From positions 79,691 to 143,690 of the forward strand of contig CAZWPT010000045.1 in NCBI GenBank assembly GCA_964635675.1: 64,000 nt of DNA, read 5' to 3'. Below the pieces are notes generated by a model. The model did not search any database. It was not told where the DNA came from and was given only the letters and a program-made list of their open reading frames with translations. This DNA comes from an uncultured Nitrososphaerota archaeon. GTDB lineage: Archaea > Thermoproteota > EX4484-205 > JAAOZP01. The translations under genes were made by a program, and so were the position numbers. The stretch's first letter is position 1; each line of letters opens with the position of its first letter. Shown here in pieces: positions 56,926-64,000 of this stretch.

Positions 56926-57561
56926 TTAATCCACCACCTTCAGCTTCGCAACCCCTCCCACATTCAGTTTCTCGAAAACCAGCTTTCCAGCCGATTCGAA
57001 AACTCCTCCAACATTTATATCCACTATTCTCCCCCCGTTGATCTTCGCTACACCGCCCACGTCAAGCTTCTCAAGCTCCGTTAAACCTTTAACAGTCAGC
57101 GTGCCTCCTACACCAAGCTTACTCCCCTTCGCATTCCCCTGAACAGACATAGTTCCACCCACGCTTATGTTTTCAGCATCCACGTCGCCCCCTGATTCCA
57201 AAACTCCTCCGACACTTATACTCCTGCATTTCAAACCATTACCAACCTTAACCACTTTCCCAACATCCACTTCCTCGGCTTCAAGCCTTCCACTCACCCG
57301 CAGCTCGCCATCTTCAAGCCTAACGGCTTTCTCCACGATAAGATTGCCCTGAACATTAATCTTCCCACCGTTTTCAAGATTAAGGCTATAGGCATGCAGA
57401 CTGGAAAGAATATCGCAATCCCCTTCAAACTCCACATTTCCCTTCACGATGATTGCTTCACCAGTCTTAGCCTTGATGGTTGAATGACCCCCGACGAAGA
57501 GGTCTTCCTCTACAACGTCTATTTCCACAGTTTTCCTCGGCTCAATCCTCATTTTTTTCAC
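56926..57561 (-). CDS. Bactofilin-like (polymer-forming cytoskeletal) beta-helix repeat protein (upstream part)
   Basis: VKGNV, VQGNL, VSGRL and repeated VGG motifs. May be one gene with 56327-56923 via a frameshift. Confidence 0.75.
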   Translation of the reverse strand: MKKMRIEPRKTVEIDVVEEDLFVGGHSTIKAKTGEAIIVKGNVEFEGDCDILSSLHAYSLNLENGGKINVQGNLIVEKAVRLEDGELRVSGRLEAEEVDVGKVVKVGNGLKCRSISVGGVLESGGDVDAENISVGGTMSVQGNAKGSKLGVGGTLTVKGLTELEKLDVGGVAKINGGRIVDINVGGVFESAGKLVFEKLNVGGVAKLKVVD

Positions 57562-57800
57562 CCACCGGGTTGAAAGAGTGTCAACAGTATTTAAAAGTGG
57601 CTCGCAAAATGTGATTTCGAAAAGTCCTTTCTTAAGGATATGGTTATTCCCCCATCCTCAGCAACAACTATGACATGGCCAAATTAGGCTTGCCGGGGAA
57701 AGCTGAATAACGATAATGTCCACCTGGCTCGTAGCCGGTTTTGAGTTAGCAGTTTTTGAAAACGTTATATACTTATTATGCAGCATATTGCAGGTGAACC

Positions 57801-59111
57801 ATGGTTCTAACTAGGAGGGGAAAGCTAATATACGCCATGGGGAGGCTCGGCTCCTCAATCCTCTTGTCCCTTATAGATCTTGCGACGTTCTGGTTCTACT
57901 GGGATTTTCTGAAGCTGAGTGGTTTTCTAACCGGCGTAGCATTCGCCATCGGAAAACTAGTCATAGCCTTTTTCGGCTGGTACTTCGGCTATCTGAGCGA
58001 CATAACTGTATCAAAGAGATGGGGTAGACGCAGACAGTATGTTTTAGCAGGCAGCCTGCTTCTAGCGTTTTCAACCATCATGATATTCATGCCGAGCTAC
58101 TTCATACCGGTTACGGATGAAATCCTGTTGTTCGTGTACGCGACTTTTTTCATTAGCCTTGCGAACATGAGCTACGGGCTTCTAAGCACGCCCTACATGG
58201 CGTGGCTCGCGGAAATCGTCGGCCCCGAGGATCGAGTTACGGTCTCAGCATACCAGAACATTTTCGGCATGATGGCGCAAGTCGTTGGAATACCAGTTGG
58301 CTTCCTGCTTCCAACCCTTCTGAAAACAGGCTCTCTCGCCTTCCTAGGGATACTACTGGCTCTAGCCGTCTTTGAAATAGTATTGTACATGCCGGCCGTC
58401 CTCAAGATAAGGGAGGAGGAGAAACCGATTCCTAAACCCATTGTTCGGAGAGAGCTCTCCATACTTTGGAGCAACAGGAACTACCGGGCGTGGCTTGCCC
58501 TCCAGGGGGCCATGTCTATTCCAACAGCGGTTCTCGCAAGCCTGGTTATAAGCTATTTGCAGAGAGTTCTGGGCCTAGGCGACGTCGAGTATATGGTGGC
58601 AGGAGGCCTCATGCTCCTGCTAACCATAGTGCTCTTCTTCGTCTGGGCGAGGATAGCTAGGAAAACCGGGAAGAAGAAGCCACTAGTAACGTCTCTCATG
58701 ATCCTAGTGGTTTTCCTGCCTCTAACGCTAGTCTTCGGCCAGCCGGTTCTAAACCCTGTCCCAAGGGTGATTCAAGCAGTCCTGTTCGTCACATTCGTCG
58801 GAGCAGGGATTTCAGGCTGGTACCTCTTGCCGAACCCCGTTACGGCAGACATGGCGCAGGAAGACGAGTTGTCTAAGAGGGAGGCTCGCGCAGGCAGCTA
58901 CGTTGGCTTGGTCAGCGTGCCGCTGAACATACTGCAAGCCTTAGCCCGCTACGTATCCGGCCTCCTTGCAGACCTGCCGCCAGCCCAGGGACAGACATAC
59001 TCCATGGGGCTGTTGCTATGGGGCCCCGTGTCCTCAGTAACTTTAATCCCTTGCCTGCTAATCCTAATAAAATACGTGGAAACAGATCCGTTAAGGAAAT
59101 TCACAAAATAA
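57801..59111 (+). CDS. MFS transporter, GPH (glycoside-pentoside-hexuronide) family
   Basis: GYLSD..SKRWGRRR, PYMAWLAE, GKK and ADMAQEDE...REARAGSY. Confidence 0.88.
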   Translation: MVLTRRGKLIYAMGRLGSSILLSLIDLATFWFYWDFLKLSGFLTGVAFAIGKLVIAFFGWYFGYLSDITVSKRWGRRRQYVLAGSLLLAFSTIMIFMPSYFIPVTDEILLFVYATFFISLANMSYGLLSTPYMAWLAEIVGPEDRVTVSAYQNIFGMMAQVVGIPVGFLLPTLLKTGSLAFLGILLALAVFEIVLYMPAVLKIREEEKPIPKPIVRRELSILWSNRNYRAWLALQGAMSIPTAVLASLVISYLQRVLGLGDVEYMVAGGLMLLLTIVLFFVWARIARKTGKKKPLVTSLMILVVFLPLTLVFGQPVLNPVPRVIQAVLFVTFVGAGISGWYLLPNPVTADMAQEDELSKREARAGSYVGLVSVPLNILQALARYVSGLLADLPPAQGQTYSMGLLLWGPVSSVTLIPCLLILIKYVETDPLRKFTK

Positions 59112-59129
59112 CGTGTCCTCTCTCCTATA

Positions 59130-59550
59130 ACGAGTGGAAATTAAGAAATAGCTCATATTACCGGAGAAACAGTGTTTTGCAGGTATTGCCAGTTCGGAAG
59201 GCTATTCGCCGCATTACCCAACATCTTCATTCTTAGCCTAAACCTCATACCTATTGGAGTTTCGATCCACATAGCAACCCTCTTAGCAGTATTAATAGTA
59301 GTCCTAATCATTGGAAGAGTCTGGTGCGGATACTGTCTACTCGGCACAATATTCGGAGCATTCAATAGAATCTCAGCCTTAACTATGAACGCGGACTTGA
59401 CAGTGTGCACAGGTTGTAAAAAATGTTTTAATTCATGCCCTATTGGATTGACAGTATAAGGGCAATCTGTTCATCTACTTACTGCATTCGTTGCACGAGC
59501 GCGCGCTGAAGTTCTTCCTCAAAAGCAATTCGATTCACTCGAATGTTTAA
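59130..59550 (+). pseudogene. Degenerate NapH/MauN-like 4Fe-4S membrane protein fragment
   Basis: GRVWCGYC and CTGCKKCFNSCP, then a stop. A second broken motif (YCIRC...KAIRF) lies in shifted frames; no proper N-terminus. Confidence 0.6.
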
Positions 59551-59559
59551 CAGATGCAT

Positions 59560-61095
59560 CTAAGTCAAGAAGGTTGACCTTAATATCTTCCTCCTTCTTA
59601 GCGTCATAAGCAAGAACCCAAAAATAATTACAACGGCTATCATACTTACTAGCAATAAGCGATCTCCAACAGATGATTCGACGGTCGAAGGTTCAACGAT
59701 TAAATATTCGATGCTACTGTTCGCATCATAATAATCATCGTTTCCTTGCCACGAGGCCTTGATAAAATATTCCCCACTTTCAATATTGTTCCATGTGAAG
59801 AAATACGATCCTTCCTCATCCGTATCTATGCTCGTTAGAGAATTCCAGGTTGCTCCGTCAGAAGAAAACCATACTATTACTTTTGAAGAAACGTTAACAG
59901 ATATTTTTCCGAATATTTGAACACTTTCCCCCTCTTTTATCCTTCTAATAGAAAGGCAGCACGTTATGTTTGAAACATCTTTCCCGACGGCGTACAGATA
60001 GGTATCCCAGCTTCCCACATATATTGTTCCGTCAAAGCTGATCGCAGGAGATGACGATATTGCCCACCCTGTTTCACATTTCCACCTTAAAGCTCCATCA
60101 GGGTCTAAAGCGTAAAGAAAATCATCGTAGCTCCCAACATACACTGCTCCGTCTGAGTCAACGGCGGGAGATGAGGCTATCTCTGCACCTGTTTCAAACC
60201 TCCATTTTAAGACACCGTCCGGGTTTAAAGCGTAGATACAATGGTCACCACCACTGAAATATATTGTTCCATCAGAAGCTACAGCGGGAGAAGAAATAAT
60301 CCAGTTTCCTGTTCTATACTTCCATTTCAATCCTCCATCAGGGGTTAAAGCATAAAGATAGGTGTCGCTACAGCCGAAGTATATTGATCCGTCAGGTCCA
60401 ATGGCAGGGGAAGATTCGATCCAGCCTCTAACCGTGTATTTCCATCTTAAAGATCCGTTGGAGTTTAGAGCGTAGAGATTTCCATTATCATCCCCAAAAT
60501 ACATTGCCCCATCGGGGCCAATCGCAGGAGAAGAGAAAATCCTGCCACCTGCATTGTATCTCCATTTTAATGCTCCTTCCGGAGTCAGAGCATACAGGAA
60601 GCCGTCTAAACCGCCAAAGTAAATCGTTCCGTCTAAACCTATTGTTGGAGAAGAATGTACAGAATCCTCTGCCGGAAAGCTGAATTTTAAGCTTCCGTCA
60701 TGATTCAATGCGTATAGAAATCCGTCGTAACTACCGAAAAATATTGTTTCATCAAGGCTTATAGCTGGAGAGGACCTGATTTTACCATTTGTCTTATACT
60801 TCCACTTTAGGCTTCCATCTGGGTTCAAAGCATACAGATTATTATCATCACTGCCGAAGTATATCGTACCGTCTGAACCTATGGCGGGTGAAGACAAAAC
60901 AATACCTCCTGTCTTATATCTCCATTTAAGCCTCCCAACCGGAGACCCTGAATAAGAAGATTCTCCAGTGTGTTTAGCATCATGCATGAACATCGGCCAT
61001 GGGAAATCAGCAAGTGAATCTTGGTTTACGGAAATGATTGGATAAATAGTTATTAAAAGAATGCTTAGAATCACGATTTGATTCAAGTATCTCAA
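59560..61095 (-). CDS. PQQ-like eight-bladed beta-propeller surface protein with Ig-like domain and TM anchor
   Basis: Signal peptide, WPMF..D..HTG, eight 40-aa repeats, ASWQGNDDY, then TM and RRRK. Confidence 0.9.
   Translation of the reverse strand: MRYLNQIVILSILLITIYPIISVNQDSLADFPWPMFMHDAKHTGESSYSGSPVGRLKWRYKTGGIVLSSPAIGSDGTIYFGSDDNNLYALNPDGSLKWKYKTNGKIRSSPAISLDETIFFGSYDGFLYALNHDGSLKFSFPAEDSVHSSPTIGLDGTIYFGGLDGFLYALTPEGALKWRYNAGGRIFSSPAIGPDGAMYFGDDNGNLYALNSNGSLRWKYTVRGWIESSPAIGPDGSIYFGCSDTYLYALTPDGGLKWKYRTGNWIISSPAVASDGTIYFSGGDHCIYALNPDGVLKWRFETGAEIASSPAVDSDGAVYVGSYDDFLYALDPDGALRWKCETGWAISSSPAISFDGTIYVGSWDTYLYAVGKDVSNITCCLSIRRIKEGESVQIFGKISVNVSSKVIVWFSSDGATWNSLTSIDTDEEGSYFFTWNNIESGEYFIKASWQGNDDYYDANSSIEYLIVEPSTVESSVGDRLLLVSMIAVVIIFGFLLMTLRRRKILRSTFLT
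59977..60936 (-). repeat. Eight tandem 120-nt coding repeats (G.LKW......SSPAI..DG.IYFG..D..LYAL)
   Basis: Counted directly in the translation. Confidence 0.9.
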
Positions 61096-62447
61096 CGCTG
61101 CTTTCCGAGCCCGGTTTCCCTCTTGTAGACTTTTTCAACAAACGAGTCCCTCACAGGCTTGTAAACCTGGTTGAAAAACTTCTGCTGGTCAAGCAAAACA
61201 TCCTGCGGAAATTCCTCAAGATACTGTAAAGCCCTTCTCCAGGCCTCCTCGTAGGGAACCACCTCATTTATCCTTCTAACTATTTGCTCATCATAATTCC
61301 TTGGAGTCTGTTTAGCATTACCTATCATTAGCCACCCGTCCTCCGACAAGTAGGCAGTCTCATTCCCCAGTTGGAAAACGTTTCTCTCCTCAGCCTGCTT
61401 AGAAGGCTTAACAACACCCCTCCGGCTGGGAGGCTTCTTGGCTTCAACCCCTCTCTGCTTAGCCCAAGCGTAGAATATTGCCCTGTTCAAGCCGAAGGAC
61501 TTGGATTTCTCAATATCTCTTGTTAAAAGGAAGCATCGCGCAGCCTGCAGCAGCGCCATAACCTGGAACCTTCCAAGCCGAGGCGCTTCCTCTCCGCTAC
61601 TTCTCACGCTGCCCGACGGCACGGGGGTCACTCTTTTGAAATATCCTCCGACTGCATTTAAGGCTTTTTCAGCAAGCTCATCCGCCTCCCCGGCTTCAAA
61701 ATCCGTGTAAATCGCTCTATGCTTGAAGCTTCCCGGCTTGACCCATGAAAGATCAAAGTCGTTTATATCATCGGGTTTGAAGCAGACGCATGAGTAGTCC
61801 AGTTCCCTGTGGAGGGATAGCGGGAGGGTGAAAACCCGTTTTAAATCCATCTTGTTCTCGATCTTTGCGCCGGTGGCTAAAGCCGGAAGCCTGGGCTTAA
61901 CCATCCTGGTGACATATTCGACTACTGCGAAGGCAGCGTCAAGAGGATGATGCTTTTCAAGAAGCTCCCTGGAAAACGCTTCTTCAGAAACATGCACGTG
62001 ACACCCCCGGCCGCTCCATTTAAGGTATACTGACTTCACAACCTTCTCCTTCTCAAGCTCCTCAACTATCAGCCTGCAAACAGCCAGGGTTTCACGCCAT
62101 CTTTCAACATCATTATCCACATCCCAGGTTGGGGTTGAGCGGGAAATGTTGGAAACATCCTCCAAGTCCTCGTTTACCGAGAGCCTAACGTATTTATTAG
62201 CTGAGCCGTAGAAAGACCTGGGTTTAGCAAACCAGAATCCTCTGAGCAGCCTATTGATATCGCTTAAATCCTTGAATCTAAGCGGCGACCCGTCTCTATC
62301 ATACCTTATAAAAACCCTTCCCCTGGAACTGCCTTCAATAGCTATCCACCTGTCTCTTCCGTAGTTGAAGAGTTCCCCCGCAACTCTCGGATGAGAGTAG
62401 TACTCGAAAACCCAATCGACACTATTCTGGCGGCTGGGCTTCGCCAT
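61092..62447 (-). CDS. Archaeo-eukaryotic primase (AEP)-fold protein with additional C-terminal domain
   Basis: WDVDND (DxD), KWSGRGCHVH and D.KRVFTLPLSLH. Confidence 0.72.
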   Translation of the reverse strand: MAKPSRQNSVDWVFEYYSHPRVAGELFNYGRDRWIAIEGSSRGRVFIRYDRDGSPLRFKDLSDINRLLRGFWFAKPRSFYGSANKYVRLSVNEDLEDVSNISRSTPTWDVDNDVERWRETLAVCRLIVEELEKEKVVKSVYLKWSGRGCHVHVSEEAFSRELLEKHHPLDAAFAVVEYVTRMVKPRLPALATGAKIENKMDLKRVFTLPLSLHRELDYSCVCFKPDDINDFDLSWVKPGSFKHRAIYTDFEAGEADELAEKALNAVGGYFKRVTPVPSGSVRSSGEEAPRLGRFQVMALLQAARCFLLTRDIEKSKSFGLNRAIFYAWAKQRGVEAKKPPSRRGVVKPSKQAEERNVFQLGNETAYLSEDGWLMIGNAKQTPRNYDEQIVRRINEVVPYEEAWRRALQYLEEFPQDVLLDQQKFFNQVYKPVRDSFVEKVYKRETGLGKQR

Positions 62448-62546
62448 ACAGTGTTTCCAGCATAGTTTTAAAATAAACTTTTCGAGCTATGGCAGCCAAG
62501 TATTATGTAAAAAGTTTAATAATGGCCGCGCTAAAGAACCGTTAAA

Positions 62547-63728
62547 TTGTCAGATGGACAAGAGGGTTTGAAAAAGGAAGAAGAGGCCCCGCTTCCAGCA
62601 CGCTTCTTAAGACAATTGCTGTTGACAATCATAAATCCTAAGGAGGCTTTTCTCCAGGTTAAGGATTCGCCCACCTTTCTCTCCGTGCTGGCGATTCCAC
62701 CGGTTCTCGTAGTGTTGACTTTCGCACAATACTATGTTTTCTACAAGGTGAAGATGAATATTCCGGCAGCGCTATACACGGAGCAAATAGACTCTTTCAT
62801 AAACAGCCTCATCCAGTTCCGGCTGATGCAGTACATAGTTATAGTGTTGTTCAGCATACTCCTATTACTGCTTATTTTCTCGAGTGGGAGGTTTTTAGGC
62901 GGGTATGGAGACTTTAAGCAGGGCATTTCTGTAACAGGCTATACGCATCTGCCCAATGTTCTGGGCCTAGTTATTATTATCCTGCTGATCCTGTCTACAC
63001 CGCCGGTTCCAACGGGCGTCCTCACATTAGTGGGCTATCCTGCAGGGCAACAGCCGAGGGACGACATAGTAATAAGCTTAATGAATTACACTGGAGAGGA
63101 GTCTAATCTGACGCTGAGGGTGCGGGGTTACTACGGCATCCCGTTAAACGCGACGATAAGTAGTGGCGGCGTGATAATCGGGGCCACTAGAATAGTTGAA
63201 GGTGAAATCAACATTACTTATGCTGTGGCAACTTCCTCAGGAATTAATAAGACTGTGAAACGCATCTGGTTAAACGGAACCAGTCTAAACTATAACACTC
63301 CGCTGATAATGAAAAACATTTTCGACAGCAGAGAGTATTGCGCAGGGGACTGCGCCAAGAGGTTTACTGCCGACTTGACCCTGCTCTTGAACAATACCTA
63401 TGTCTCCCCGGTTCAGGAAAACATGTCCATACCGTACACGCTGACCTTGAATGTTTACGATGAGAGTATGAGGGTGGAAACCCACGTGGTTTCTTCAAGC
63501 TTCTACACGGGAGTGGTGCAGTGTCCGGATCCACAGCCTTTAGTCAACCTTATAAACGAGAGGATTACGCCAATAGTTCAGGTTCTAATCATAGCCATAT
63601 CAGTGTGGCAGTTTCTCCTCTTAGCCATAGCGCTTAGGATTATTCACGAGTTCCAATGGGTCAGAGTCGTGCTTTTCGTAGCTGCGTACGCCGCCGCTAA
63701 GTACTTGCTTCTCGGTTTCACAATATAA
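62547..63728 (+). CDS. YIP1-family membrane protein with large extracellular insertion
   Basis: IINPKEAF, GGYGDFKQGISVTGYTHLP and C-terminal W..LLLAIALRIIHE. Confidence 0.72.
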   Translation: MSDGQEGLKKEEEAPLPARFLRQLLLTIINPKEAFLQVKDSPTFLSVLAIPPVLVVLTFAQYYVFYKVKMNIPAALYTEQIDSFINSLIQFRLMQYIVIVLFSILLLLLIFSSGRFLGGYGDFKQGISVTGYTHLPNVLGLVIIILLILSTPPVPTGVLTLVGYPAGQQPRDDIVISLMNYTGEESNLTLRVRGYYGIPLNATISSGGVIIGATRIVEGEINITYAVATSSGINKTVKRIWLNGTSLNYNTPLIMKNIFDSREYCAGDCAKRFTADLTLLLNNTYVSPVQENMSIPYTLTLNVYDESMRVETHVVSSSFYTGVVQCPDPQPLVNLINERITPIVQVLIIAISVWQFLLLAIALRIIHEFQWVRVVLFVAAYAAAKYLLLGFTI

Positions 63729-63742
63729 TCCTGCCTAACTTT

Positions 63743-64000
63743 TCAAAACATCGCCGCTAAACATTTTACGTATGCTTCTGAAACATCCACCCCTGTGCAA
63801 TTCCTAGTGTTAATGTAGAAATCTGGGCGAGAGTTAACCTCTATGAAGTAGACCTCTGCATCCTCCAAAACCTCTTCCAAAAAGCTTCTAAGCTTAACGT
63901 ACTCAGGCGTGCTAAACATTTCTTTGAAGGCTTCATCCATTCTCCCCCTTGCCTCCAGAAACCTGTCTAGAGAGAGCCTGGCGCTATTGGAAAAACATTC
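63743..64000 (-). CDS. C-terminus of a probable ATP-grasp (RimK-like) ligase, truncated by window edge
   Basis: Frame open to 64000; FIEVNSRPDF matches the ATP-grasp EVNxxP motif. Confidence 0.55.
   Translation of the reverse strand, partial: ECFSNSARLSLDRFLEARGRMDEAFKEMFSTPEYVKLRSFLEEVLEDAEVYFIEVNSRPDFYINTRNCTGVDVSEAYVKCLAAMF

Noticed and set aside
59977..60936. 120-nt periodic repeats as possible CRISPR or DGR
   Set aside because: They are degenerate in-frame beta-propeller coding repeats, with no identical repeats/spacers and no reverse transcriptase.

Overview
Archaeal chromosomal DNA, judged by BRE/TATA promoters about 25-35 nt upstream of mostly leaderless starts, a PolB3-type polymerase, GAPN, AlaX-M and an archaeal Prx. 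It looks like a carbohydrate-degrading thermophilic Thermoproteota-type lineage; this taxonomy is inference. About 55 CDSs; no rRNA, tRNA, CRISPR, transposase or integrase was seen. The main highlight is a divergent cluster at 10.8-15.6 kb: murQ <- -> tandem GNAT (GlmA-like), PIG-L deacetylase, namZ (GH171) and a MurK/NagK-like kinase. This reads as a cytoplasmic pathway for catabolising bacterial peptidoglycan sugars (MurNAc) in an organism expected to lack murein. It is flanked by a frameshifted GHL6/GH42-like glycosidase and an Opp-type oligosaccharide ABC importer. Other notable items: a CPBP (CAAX/Rce1) protease fused to a protein O-mannosyltransferase next to a Dol-P-Man synthase-GtrA gene; a second CPBP fused to an ABC permease; a PolB with apparently dead proofreading motifs; an accessory region with three TA modules (two with 14-bp operator palindromes, one decaying HEPN-MNT) and a Cys-rich surface metalloprotease; an RNase HIII-like gene; bactofilin-like beta-helix genes; an AEP-fold protein with an extra domain; and a rubredoxin missed by the ORF track.
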